DNA of 64,000 nt. Origin: Convolutriloba macropyga (taxonomy: Eukaryota). A program made the position numbers and the translations under genes. Location of the stretch: assembly GCF_964194025.1 (NCBI RefSeq), contig NC_134468.1, positions 3,224,001 through 3,288,000 of the forward strand, in the 5' to 3' direction. A model generated the notes under the pieces. The model did not search any database, had not been told where the DNA came from, and saw nothing but the letters and a program-made list of their open reading frames with translations. Position 1 is the stretch's first letter, and each line of letters begins with the position of its first letter. Positions 47,786 to 60,769 of this stretch are shown in pieces.

Positions 47786-49210
47786 TGTAATTGGGAGGCA
47801 TAAAGAATACTGAGCAGGGAGGGGGACAGAATAGATCCGAAAATTCTGTAACGGCAAGAGGGGGGGGGGAGACTACCCAAACCTACAGTTTATATATATT
47901 CATGTTTTCTGACCTTTGTTTTATACCTGACGATATTTGACTGCCTTCAAAATTTATACATGTACACAGGAGTTGACTGGCTGTCCCCGAGTTTGCAGAC
48001 TGTCCTTTAGGGGAAGGGGGCTTTCTGTCAGTTGACAGTTTAAAATACGTTTATGCTAGTCAGCCCTATTTTCAGTAGGAATAATGTTGTTCATGGTAAA
48101 ACAGAATTTCAATTTTAAGTTTGAATCGGAAAAGTTGTTTAAGAATCCACACTTTATTATTTTTGATCAAGAACTACGGAATGATCGGAGGAAAATCAGA
48201 AACATGCATTATATAGTTGCTTGGTTTTTTATCTGATGGTGAAAAGTTGTATCGGCATTTTGTTAGTATTCAATAATACGTGCATATGCTTGGTAAACGT
48301 TTGTTCGCAGTACTGTTATTTTTAGTACTGACTGAAGAATAACGTCATTTTATTTAAAGAACATTGGTATTTATCCTGATGGTAATATGAACAACACGCA
48401 AACGTGCGATCAATTGCGTCAGCTTCTCTTTAAGAGGTAAACACGTTGATTACATTAGCTAAGTTCACGACAGTCATATAAATATCGAATGTTAAAAGCT
48501 GCCTTTCATTTTCTCAAAATTCTGTTGAAGTCGCTATATCTTAATTTATCATTTTCTCACGAACGTGAGCTGACAAAATGGTCTGATTTCTCCAAAATGT
48601 GAATTGTAAGTATAGAAGCCGTAATTCAATTCGGTTGATTGCCTGTTTTAAAGCTGTGCTTTGATAACTGTTTTTTTTTCAGTTGGGCTATTTGGTAAAA
48701 CTGCTGTGTTAGCAGTAAAGCAACTCAGGACTATCAACTATGAATAACTGAACTTGGAAATTCTGCAGAGATGCTGCACCAAAAAAGACAATTAGTTGAA
48801 CCAGTGACAAAGGACAACTCCAACGACGACCACGACCAAGCTTTGACGAATTGTGCGGCAAACCTTAGGCAATTCTATTGGCGATATTACTTCAAGGAGT
48901 GCTTTCTAATACGAAGCTGCCAACGAGTCTAGGTCGATTTATATAGGCAAATTCTCTCAGGAGAGAGAGAGGAAGTCAATCTAGCAATATAGAAACTTTT
49001 TAGAAAAGAATTTTCAATTTTAATATCAACTGACTTCATTTTAGTGCAAATAACTCTTACTTTATAAATTACACAATCGTGAATATTCACTGCGTGAGGT
49101 ATTAACTTGGTTAACTGATTGAGAAGGGAGTGAATAACGTTCTTATATTATCTCTGTGCGAGTTATTGGGAATTAAAAAGCGCGGTGAAAAGTGACGGAT
49201 CAGGGTGAAA

Positions 49211-52200
49211 ATGGATGAGCTAATTGGGCTATTCGGAGTTAGTGAGGAAGACGGCAACGAGCACAGCTACGAAGCGCAGTTGATGAGCCACAATGACGGC
49301 TGTCAACATCAGGTCCAACCGGAAGTCGAAGAGGGGAATGTTGAGTTCAAACTCAAATTGGTCAATCCCACAGAGTCCAGGTTAGAGCACTTAGTTACCC
49401 AGATGAAGTGGAGGCTCCGCGAGGGACATGGTGAGGCCATATACCAAATTGGGGTCGAGGATCGAGGAGCTGTTTTGGGTTTGTGTCAGAGTGAGTTGGA
49501 AGCGAGTATGAACAACCTGAACAAGATGGCGCAGAGGTTGAATGCAGATATTACCATTCTGAGAGAAGTTGTGGTGGACCCAGTTGCAGAGACGAAAGCC
49601 GTAGAAGTGCTGGTCCGGAAGATTCCATCTGATAAACCAGTGAGTTTTAAACTGTAACTAATAAATTAGTTAGACCAAATAAATTAAATGTAATAAATTA
49701 GTTAGCCCTAATTAATTTAACTCTAACTAATAAATTAGTTAGATAGATCTTACGTTGTTGTAATTTTTTTTCATAGTAGGTAAAAAAAATGATGTGTAAA
49801 GTTTATATGGAATCGTAAAGATTTTCTTCATTCGGTGAGTCTAGGAAGCAATGAGTTATGGTAAAATTACAAATATTTGATTGGAGTTTTATTGAAATTC
49901 AATCTGTTGCTAACAACCTGGTCACTATTCAGAATCCAAATTTTTGTGATTCAAGTTTAATACAAAACGATATTTGAAGTCTGATGTATCGTTGAATTTA
50001 ATATGTTGCTTAGTTCATCGACATGCGCGTGTGTGTGCTTGGGAATGTGGACTGTGGGAAGAGTAGTTTGGTGGGGGTGATGACTACAAGGCAACTGGAC
50101 AGTGGAAGGGGGAGGGCTAGACTGAATCTGCTCCGACACCCACACGAGATTCAGACTGGACACACGTCCAGTGTGTGTCATGAGATCCTGGGATTTGACT
50201 CACACGGGGAGGTTGGTTTGTTTGGGCACGTTTCCTTAATTCGGTCACACATTCCCCGATTTTATGTGTAGGTGAACTATCAGAAGTCCTTTTCAGATCT
50301 TTTAACTAGTCTGAAACCTGAAGTGAAAGCAGTGCTTTTCTTCACTGATTTAGAGGATTCAGTTGGCATTGAATTTTTCACATTGTAGTTCTTCATTTTC
50401 TATAATTTAGATTTACTGATTCTATATTGACATCTAACTGAACGAAAGCCGAATCTTTAAACTTAATGAACACTTGCCAAATAACGCATAGGATCGAGTA
50501 ATCCTAATTATGGTTTTAGCCTGTGGACTACAGTGTTGTGAGGAACAAGGAGGAGATTTGTGAGTTGTCCTCTAAGTTGATCACCTTCATAGATCTGCCT
50601 GGAGGTCAGAAGAGTCTGAAAACTACCATATTTGGACTGACAGGATACTATCCCGACTATGCACTCATACTCATTGCAGCAAATCAGGGAATAGGTAAGG
50701 CGTTATACTTTTTCCATTTTTGATAGTCGATAGGTAGGGTGCGTGATTCACACGCCAAAGATTGATAGTTCAATCCCCTGCCTCCGTGAAGCTGTCTGTG
50801 TGAGGATGAGCTCTTACTTAACCATAGCTTCAGGTTGACCATAGCCTGACCAATGTTGGCTGCAATAATGGTACCACGTGAAAGTTTCAGACGCAAAAAA
50901 AGCGGCTAAAGTCACCAAAAAAGAGCAATGCTGCTCATAAAAAGATCAGTCTGAAATGTGTGGAATAATAAGAAAAAGGGCAGCTGAGAACAGGCCGCTG
51001 TGGCCTAGTGCTATTCCGATGCGATTGCGCAGGAACCAAAATTAATATTATTTTTAGTAGTGTCCATATAAACTGCGTCTTACGGCGTACAACTCGGTTT
51101 TATGTCAAAAGGTCCAATTACTTTAAATATACAGTCGGGTCTTCATATCTTAATGTTATACTGCTGAACAAAACTTCTAATTTATCAAATTATCTAATCC
51201 TTTCGCATGCTATCGTTCATTTTTAATAATAGAAAATGACTTCGCTAAAATCAATCATTAAGTCGGTTAAAAACTGCAGTTGCAGAAATTGAAACAGTAA
51301 AACTGCATTGTAATATTTCAGTTGACACTACACGTGAGCACTTTGCGTTGGCGTTGGCCCTGAACATCCCCTGTGCCATTCTGATCACGAAGGCAGACTT
51401 GTTGCACCCGAGTGGACTGGATATTCTGCAGATGCAGATCAAGAACGTCCTCGAGTTCCCCGGAGTGGGAAAAATGTGCGTGTTTGTCAGCGATAAGGAG
51501 GACGCAGTGAAAGCCGCATCGTTCAACCTACGGCCAGAACAGTGAGTTTTCTATCTTTTTAAACCCTTTAAATGGACAGATAGTTGATTAAAAACAATCA
51601 AACTTTTTTACAAGTTAAAATGTTAAAATGAGAAAAAAAAATGAAAGAATGAGACATTTTTGAAATTTGTTGTAGTTGTGGTCAAACGGAGTAAAATTAT
51701 GCAATTTATAATCTTGTACTCTATAACCAAATTATTGTTTGGTTTTGAACAAGGCTACTTATTAAAATCGATGCTTAATTTCATCATGATCACACGGTCG
51801 TAAATTTTAAGGGTGGTTCCCGTGTTCACAACCTCAAGCGTCACTGGACAAGGTATGGATCTCCTTAAAGTGTTCCTCAACATCTTCCCTCTGAGGAATA
51901 ACAACACAGTTGATGAACCAGTCTCTAAATCAACTTGTTCTTCTGCCTCGTCTGACAGAATCCACTCCTCATTTTGTGGACTGTTTGGAGAAGATGATGA
52001 GGACGAGGCGTTGGACAGCGACCAGGAGGAAGGCGATGTCTATGAGGACGTTGTTGACGAGGAGCCGGATGCCGACTTCAAAATTGACGAGACCTTCTCG
52101 GTTCCCAATGTTGGATGTGTCGTCGGAGGAATATTGCAGAAGTAAGTTCCGTGTTATATCGATGTCATTATGCTTTTGGAAGTAAAGAATCTTTTGCCGA

Positions 52201-53946
52201 GTAACTGCTTAATGCTTTCAATTGTTGCTGAAGGTTTCAGAGCTAAAATTGAGTTTTAAATTTAGTTCAAGTTAATTTGGTTTAGTTAAGTCGCCGCTGT
52301 ATTTCCACGTATTTTTGAACACTGAGATGTTCTGTTTAAGTTTTGCATTTGCTAATTTCCAACTAAAATCGACATTTAATAGTTCGGTTAAGGTTTACTA
52401 AGAGATTTTTCAGAAATGTGTTGGCCAAATACATGCTAAATTGCGTTGATTTCGAGTTTTTCTTGGAAACCGGAATTACTGTATCAAGCATATTAAGAAT
52501 TACCGTGGAAGCCATATTTTAGGGGGTTGATCCGTCGTGGAGACGAAATGCACCTTGGACCTTATGAGGATGGAAGTTTCAGAAGGGTCAAGGTCGCATC
52601 TCTTCACAGGAGTGGAAGAGCCCCCTGTTCGACTGTAAGGCAAAACCAAACCGCAGCCATTGCAATCAAGCCCAACTACCCTGTTCGAAAGGGAATGGTT
52701 TTGCTGGCCTCATTTGGAGCTAACAATCACAGTTCCCAAACGCGAGAAAGGACAATTCAGAGTTTGAAGTTTGGTCTTTCCTGTGGAATGACCTTAACTG
52801 ACGAACCTGTGACAAAGTTCCGAGCTTGTATGGAATTGGAGGCTGAGATTCTCATTTTATTCCACCCGACCAGAATCCACCAAGGATTCCAGTGCACACT
52901 GCATATTGACAATATTGTCCAATCGGCTATAATTAAGACAATAGCGTTGCCCGCTGAAACTGAGCAGTTGGCGAAGCGGAACAAAACGCAATCATTGGTT
53001 TCGGAAGAAACTGTTTTCGATTGTGACGATGGACATCATGACATGCAGTCGTGCTCGCTCCCAACGCCAACTCAGATTGTTAAGGGCCAGGTGTCTGGGC
53101 GTACAAGGGTTAGTGGTTTTTTCCGTCCTGCTTGCTCAGGGATAATTCAAGTTCATAGAATTTATCGACTTTTTTATGCGTACTAATTTCACTCGTAATT
53201 TTGCTTTTGAGTCGTAACAGAACGTTATAGAACCGAGGTCGCAGAACTGAATCTTACGAGCAGTATAAATTAAATTAAGTGTCATATTAGGGTATGAAAT
53301 GTTTGTGGCAGAATTTGATCTCGATGATTTGCAAAAGAGATGATTTCAATGTTAATTATTCCAGACGATTTTTGGTGCTGTATATTGAATACACTATTAT
53401 CGAATTCACGTAACCCAAATGTAGTACGATTTGCGGGAAACATTGTACGAGTTAAGTATAGGTTAAGTGACTCCGATTAATTCATTGAAAAAATCTGGCA
53501 TTCGTGAACCTCGTGGAGTTTCGATATGCAAGTCAGAATTTCCAAGTGATTTTGACAAAGTGACGTACCATTGCTTGAAACGTAAACTTTGCTTCTTTGA
53601 AAATCTGGCATTCGTTTATAGGGAAATTTGGCGCTCTAGATTCTGCTGCAAGAGATGTCTGGCATTTTAAGACTTGCACATCATTGTTCCAACCATTTCA
53701 ATTGTTGTAAAAATGAGCGCTCTTGTTTGGTTTTAGATCTCCTCGGGGCCTTACCTCTGCACAAACCAGAAAGGACATGTAACATTCAAATTTCTCCGAC
53801 ATTGTGAATACGTCAGACCCGGAATGCGCATTCTGCTGCGGCATGGAAAGACTAAAGGAATTGGGAATGTCACAAAGGTTTATCCTTTTCTCTACAAACC
53901 AGAGACGTCTGCCGCCGGGTCAGAGGAGGAAAAAACGGAGATTTAA
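49211..53946 (+). CDS. GTPBP2: GTP-binding protein 2 (translational GTPase), 7 coding exons, ~709 aa
   Basis: Exons 49211-49639, 50014-50211, 50520-50694, 51322-51541, 51812-52141, 52523-53090 (or 53108), 53737-53946; all GT-AG and phase-compatible. Motifs: [54 protein letters not shown] (G1), [20 protein letters not shown] (G3), TKAD (G4), SSVTG (G5), KTKGIG. Confidence 0.95.
50724..50900 (+). mobile_element. tRNA-derived SINE-like insertion in GTPBP2 coding intron 3
   Basis: tagtcgataggtagggtgcgtgattcacacgccaaagattgatagttcaatccc (A/B-box-like, tRNA-Val(CAC)-like loop), then ctgtgtga...ttacttaacc. Confidence 0.5.
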
Positions 53947-55366
53947 ATTAATAAATTATGCAATTTATTCAAAACTATGTGGTCAAACGGTCTAGATCAA
54001 GTGGTATGTTGATATGATCAGTGTTTATTTAAAGCAGTCATAGGAAAATCCTTCATTGCGTATGCTGCGAAATTTAAAGAAATATCTGCATACTAGACAC
54101 GAGGTTCCCACCATAACAACCTTCGCAATTAATGGAGTAGTAGGGATGACCACTAGTCAGGTTTCGGGGGGCACGACAGAAAAAATTGAATTTGGATGTT
54201 CAGGTTTTATTCACTCAGGTTTTATTATTTCTTGATCTAGAATCTCTGAAGTTAACTAAACAGCCGGTTAGAGTAGTAAGTTTATAAATCGTTGACTCTA
54301 TCATGACTTCATACTTAGGATAAATTCGGATCTGTTTTCTCTACCCACGCCACTAATCGACTGAGTGGAAAAAGAAACTCTTGTTCATGCTGTTAGTTAT
54401 AGAGGGGGGGGGGGGGGGGGGGGCAGATTCATAAATTCTCATTCAGAGTAGAAACCCCAATGCTTTCACGCACATTATTTAACGTACTTTTCTGTGTTAC
54501 AATATTTTAGCTGTTGACTAATAGTTTTTAGTGTTTGTTGCAATTCCAACTGCTATTGATAATAGTTAATTGTTCTCTCAGTTTGTATAAAGGATTTGTT
54601 TTGCTATTCAACTGAATTGAAGCTCATTTATCCTGCTGATATTTTCTCATCTACTATTGGTTGAAGTTTGACAAGAACTTCAAGGATGAAAACATGACAT
54701 GACTCTCATGAAACGTATAGTCGTGTCAAAAGTTTTTCTAGCGAGAGAAGAATCTTTGGGAAGTTCTTTCTAGCGGAACAGTAACCCTTTCCTGTTTTTT
54801 CAACAAAAAGTTAACGCAAAAAGCCGGAAAGTATTTTTTGATCGATCGGTAGGATACTGAATAAGAAACAATTTCCTTTTTTCTACCCCAGCTTGGCAAG
54901 TGCCAGCAACGGTGCTTTTTGGGTATCTTGGGTTCGCTAGTTTTCAGCTTTCAAAGTTGATTTACACCCTTGCGTATATATTGATACCGAAAAGTAAATG
55001 GTAATACCAGTTTCAGAAACCGTATATTCCACTATTTACGTTTTCTTTCAATGGAAGACAGCTAATTTACTTATTACTTCACGATTCCGATTAGTTTACG
55101 GAAGTCCCAAAATTTTTGCGGATTTTATCTAATAGAGCGACATAGGAAGACGTCTTGTTAATCACTTAAGTTCACACTTCTTAGAAAACTTGCAGTGACG
55201 TTTTCTGATCTCGCTCTTACTAATTGCTTTTAAATGATTTTTGCAGCATTTTCTAGAACATCTGGTCTTGTAAAGGAAAAATCTGTTTGAACGATTTTAC
55301 TTTTTAATTGCTCTCAAACAAAGTTTGACAATTATTTCTGTGGTCCTTTTTTGCGATTTGTCGGTT

Positions 55367-55444
55367 GACTGATTTTTCGTCTGTTCCTTTTAACTTTTCG
55401 TCCTTAAAAACGAAAAGTTAAAAGGGTCAGACGAAAAATCGGTC
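55367..55444. other. 78-nt near-perfect inverted repeat (hairpin)
   Basis: gactgatttttcgtctg..ccttttaacttttcgt / acgaaaagttaaaagg..cagacgaaaaatcggtc. Confidence 0.85.
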
Positions 55445-56435
55445 ATCTTATAAGCGACCATCTGACGCCACGCTCAGTAAAAATCAGCGTTTGTTCATTC
55501 ATTGGTGCACTTTTGACCGAAGTGCGTGCCTGACGTTTTTAAACTTACTCGATCAAGTTTTCTGTTCATTCGCGTTTCTCGGTCACAAAATGTCTGCTCT
55601 ATCTCGAATTGATTTTGGAAACTTTCATTGGAGGATAGTTGATCTTAATCTAATTGAAGGTTCGTACAAAAACTAGCAATTCTTTTGTATTCTGAGACTA
55701 CGGTCTATGAAACTATCGAAGCTATCTTCTGGAAAATCTCTCCCCAACTAGGTTTTTTTATAGCTGCGAAGCTGTAAGCTGAGGGGAGCTATATTGCGGT
55801 GCTCTTGGTTTTTTTTGCTTATTCATCTGACGCTCTCTGTCGTTTTACATTTGTTCACACAGCAAGGCTGAAGAAGTTCCTTTCACTAACGGCATTTGAC
55901 TTCCTTTCACTAACGGCATCTCCCTCTCTCTCCAGCCAAAGTTTTTAGCTCAATTGCGTGATTAGATTTGGATCATACGTGACTTAGCTCACTCAATAAA
56001 ACGACTTTTTCACTTTAAAACTTAAGTTTAATTTGAAATAGTTTAGGGTCAAAGAAACTCATATATGTAATAAAGGTCCCTTATGAAAAGGCTTCTGCGC
56101 AATGAGTTCAATGGCTTCTGGGCAAAGCTTTATTGATTTATTGCTGAATTTTTTTTCATTGATTTTTAAGCGGCTTCGATAACTTTTTCAACTTTTATCT
56201 GTCTCTGTTTCTATCTCTATTTAACGGCACGCAAGTCTATTCTTTCGCAGCTATTCTGACAATCTGCTGCCTATGGTAATAGCTATCAAGCCGCCTTTCT
56301 TTGAATGCAATTCCTTGAACGTTATTAATTGCTCGCGAACTTTTTAAGCCATTATTTTTTTGTGTCTTTTTTATGCTTTATGCACAATTTCCGCTTGACC
56401 GTTTTCTTCTAGAATATTCTTTCGATTTCAAGTAG

Positions 56436-57095
56436 TGACTTTTTCACGCTTGACTTTGATTTTTTGAGTGATTTGAATTGCGCGCACTTATAAAAGGTGC
56501 GATTGATGACTGCACATCGCCCGTGTAGCGCAGAGGTTAGTGTATCCGACTCTCATTGTAGTGGGCGCAGGTTCGAACACAGAAGTTTTTGCACCGTAAA
56601 GGTTTCTCTAGCCTGAGTCCTGAGCTAAATTTTTTGCCTCGCCAGTCGTTCGAAAGCAATTCATATGACGTTTTTTTCGTTAGTCGGTTCTTGTTTAATT
56701 GCTCTCGAACAAACGTTGAAGCAATTATTGTAAACTTATCTTTAGATTTCAATTCTCGAGTGACTTTTTCACGCTTCACTTATGAATTTTTGCCTTCATT
56801 CAGAAATTAAGTCTGTGGCTAAAATAATAAAGGTTGCGAGATCAAACTAAACATGGTCCGCTTAGCGTAGTGGTTAATGTTGCGGACTAATCCGAGTGAG
56901 TGCATTGCGATCCCCACCCTTTAGAAGTTTTTTTAATTTTCAATTGCTCTCACTCCGAAGTAGTTTCTTGTTCAAACAAAACCGATTGTCAGAGATACGA
57001 TGACACGTCCCTGATAGCCGAGTGGTTAATAACTCCGTCGATGTGACTGAATAAGAGTCAGGAGGTCGGCGTTCGGAGCTTACCGTCGGCTAATG
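56436..57095 (+). repeat. Three degenerate tRNA-like (A-box/B-box) units at ~56519, 56856 and 57007; the first two share an upstream motif and TATA-like box
   Basis: tagcgcagaggtta...ggttcgaac; tagcgtagtggtta; tagccgagtggtta...gttcgga. Upstream gtgactttttcacgctt and ataaaagg are repeated. No intact cloverleaf. Confidence 0.5.
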
Positions 57096-59302
57096 TTTTC
57101 GCGTGTATAAAGAAAATTTTATCGAGGCTACAGCCCCTGAATTAGATTGCGCCGCCTGTCATTCGAGAGCATTTTTTCCGACGTTAGTGGGTTTATAGTT
57201 TGTTTTTTTTTACAATCCATCAATTGGATTGTTATGGACGCCTGTCTTTTTAAAAGTTTTCATACATTTTGATGATATTCCAAGTCAATTAGATGGCAAT
57301 TGTAAGTGGTGATTTAAGTCACGACGAATCGGAAGTGGAAGTGAACATTTTTTTTGGTATTCAAGAGCAAGTTCTCTTTGTTCACGTGCGACAATTTTAC
57401 ATATTGTTCAGAGAAGTTAATCTCGTTTTTGAATGGCATTTTGCAACAAACGGTTTTCAAGGATATTTTGTAGTGACTTCGAGGAATATTTTTTTTGGTT
57501 CTGGTGTGCAGATTGTTTTTGAAGATATCAACACCGAATCTTTCTAAAACAGTAATGCCTCCGCCATTTTCCAATAATTTTGCTCTTTGTGCGTCTTTTT
57601 GGGCTCTCCTGCTGTCTTGAAAAGATTTCATAAAATTTATTAGTTAATGATTCTAAAGGCTGAAACTTTGAATTTTAAGCAAAATTGAAGTTTACCGTTT
57701 TTTTATTTTTCAGAGACGCTTGCTTCGTATTCTTTATTTTGATGATATTATCAAATTGTGTTAGCATTAGTCAGAAGCTGCCCTTCTACTGCTTTGAAAC
57801 AAATTTTGTATTGAGATCTTATTTTGAAATGTTTTGTTCTTAGTTTCTAATTGTTCCAACATTTTTTCCCTAAATTTTTCAGTTTTTGTTTTCGCATCTT
57901 AGATAAAAAGGAAAATTAACATTTTGTAGTCCTCAGAATCTGGTTTTGATTTCGTAAAAAATTATCAGAAGTCGTATTTGAAAAAGGGGGGAGCACTTTA
58001 AAATTTCGAAGGATAAGTCGAATAGGAAAAAATCCGCTCGGTGTGCTGTTTGACAGATTGCGTTGAAATTTAAAAACGGACAGAGAAATTTGTACTAAAA
58101 TTGGAAAAGAAGTTTTGATAGTCACAAGTAATTTTGTACTGTTGCAATTCTAAAATTTTCGATTTTAACTATTTGACAAAAAATTTCAAAAAAATTATTT
58201 TTTTTTCTAAAAACTTCGTTCAAAAAGTTGGTTCGATCTTGTTTTTTTTTGCCGAGCCAACAATTTTGTCCGAACCAATGTTTCTCTGTATTGAACAGAA
58301 AATTGCAAAAAATTGTTTTGAAATTGTAAAACTAAAGGCAGAAGAGTGTATTTTTTTCTGAATTCTGGAGTTGTTGGGAACAATTCTATTCATTCTGTTC
58401 ATCAGAACTATCCATGTATTTTCAGAACCACGGAGACGTAAAAACAAGTTTCATGAAATGAAAATTAAATCAACCAAATTCATTATTGAAAAGTGAAGAT
58501 GGGAATCTTTTCTCTGTTTTAATCCTTATGTTGTCAGATCTGATCGTGCGAAATAACCTCATTGATCACCAGGCTCAAAAACCTAATAAAACGTTAATAA
58601 TTTTAAACATTAGAAATTTTGAACTATTTTGAAGTTTTGAAGGACTTATGCATTTTGAAGTTGCTCTTCGAATTGATCGTGTCCAGAAGGTGGACGTTTC
58701 TGTAAATTGTAATTTCAACTTGTTTATTGATTGCGAAAGCCCTCCTATAAAAAACGAGGTGTTTTTGAAAGATGAAAAAAGTTTTCTTTCACTTAAAAAT
58801 TAATTTACTATTTCATTAAAAGTACTCCGAAGCGTGAAAAACGCGAAAAGTAAAATTTACTGTTAACCATTTTTTATCTATACTACTTATTGAGATTCTT
58901 TAAGGATAGCCTTTGAAGTTGCCGTATATATTAGACACAAGCCAGAAATCTTCAAATTGAAAAATTACTTAGTATTCGCTACAAATTGCGGTTTATGCTC
59001 AAAACCAAAATTGTTTCAACTAAATTTAGCTCGTAACACATCTGCAATATTTCAAAGAAAAAAACAGATTGATCTATTATGCTCATGAAACTCAAAATTG
59101 TCAATATTTTTTGGAAAAATGAAGTTAATCGCAAATTTTAGTGTCAATTTTGCAACTAGTGATGCAGTTGCCTCTAATTCAACACCCAGTGTTGCAGATG
59201 CAATGAACAAGACATTAATAAACAATGCGAACCATGGGTAGAACCAGTTGCAAAACAGAAAATTAAAAATAATTGTGTCCAGGTTTTTGCTTGTTTGTTT
59301 GA

Positions 59303-59304
<2 letters not shown>

Positions 59305-59340
<36 letters not shown>

Positions 59341-59408
59341 GTTTGTTTAGGTGTATGTATGTGAGCGTGTGTGTCTCCTGTGTGGTGTGTGTAAGAGAGA
59401 GAGAGTGA
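59305..59408. repeat. (GT)n/(GA)n microsatellite
   Basis: Directly visible. Confidence 0.95.
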
Positions 59409-60769
59409 GTTAATCTGAGATAGTAAGTTCCTTCAAAAGTCACATAGAGGCAGAGTGTAAAAACTCATAAATCATTACATTTCTTACAAATTGCGGCTCT
59501 AAATTTTTTTCAATTCACATAAAAATTCGTACAGCTTTTAATTTCTTCAAAAAGAGTGAAACCGCCGAAACGTAAAACTTGCTGAAAATCCTTTATCTTC
59601 AAATGCTATTAAAGAGCCTAAAATCAAATGCTATTAAAGAGCCTTTAGGGAAAGTCATCAATGATCCTTTCTGTGTTAGACACAAGTGGAGGCAAAGAGC
59701 ACAAATTGTTAGGAAAATTGAATTATTTTTTTAAATTGTGGCTTTAAGTTTGGCCAAACTCAAAATTCAGTTTTTCAATTCTCGCCGTTAACATATTTGC
59801 GAGATTTTAAAAAAATAATGCATTCATCGTGCTCATGAGAGATCCAAACTAACAAAATTGTTCGAAAAATTTTGAAGTTCTAATTCAAAAGTTTAATGAC
59901 AAAATTAGAATTACTGATAGAATTGGCTCAACCTGTTCGCACCTAATTATTTAGAAAAAATGGAGAAGACCTAGTTGAACGTGACGAACATTTTCAAATT
60001 GTACTACGCGTATCTAAGGACTTCTCGTGCTAAGGAGTTCTCGCTTTTGTCTGACGAAAAAAGATGGCATTCTTTTTGGTTCAAACAGTACATGTAAATT
60101 TCTCCAATGGATATAACTTGCTTTCGGATAATGGCTTAATTTGGATTAATGGCTCTTTATTTATCCTTAAGAGTTATGTTGGAACGTAGTGTGCTACGCG
60201 CATTTTCGTACGAGCCATCTGGTTTTAGTCTCTGTCGGGTTAAACATAACACATATCGGAATAGAAGAGATTTTCTAACTTTTTCTCAGATAAGTATCGA
60301 CACGTGAGAAAATCCCCAATTACTCGTAAAAAAATGTGCCATCACTTTACAAACCTTGTTTGCAAGTCCAGTCCAGTGCCCTCCTTGCCTAGTTTGATTT
60401 ACAAATCAACATTGTCTTGAACATAGTTTCACTATCTGGAGCTGATTTCTGCGGATTTGCTTTATTTTTCGCGATTTTTTAATACGATTTAATGCGGATT
60501 TATTTAATACGATTTATTTAACAATAACTTTGTCAGATTGGATGTTTGATTCTATTTTGCAATATAATTAAAACTATCAGAGAGACGGTTTGGATTGGGT
60601 ATTTTGACGTATTGGCTATTTTTGGCATCGGGTCATGGGTAACCCATAGGACTGTATAGTAACATATAAGAGATCTTTTCAGACATTGTTGGTGGCCCAG
60701 TTAGAATAATATTTGATTTTTTAGATGCTATAGTTGGTTGTGAGGTGAATCAACTTGGGATCCGATCCC

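Larger units (their letters stand above)
37709..47993. repeat. Tandem duplication, ~5.14-kb unit (37709-42845 and 42846-47993)
   Basis: ORF pairs are offset by 5137-5144 (38061/43198, 39673/44817, 41410/46553). Junction is cgagt-tacgcgag. Confidence 0.97.

Noticed and set aside
50272-50390. Alternative GTPBP2 exon starting VNYQKS after tgtgtag
   Set aside because: Similarity is limited to three residues and the frame hits a stop. The exon at 50520 gives the full conserved continuation.
56519-57095. Functional tRNA genes
   Set aside because: Acceptor and T stems do not pair properly; reported only as tRNA-like units.
58880-59930. Diverged ~280-bp direct repeat (58880-59165 vs 59640-59925) as LTRs
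   Set aside because: No TG...CA ends, PBS, PPT or internal coding sequence; more likely an old local duplication or satellite.
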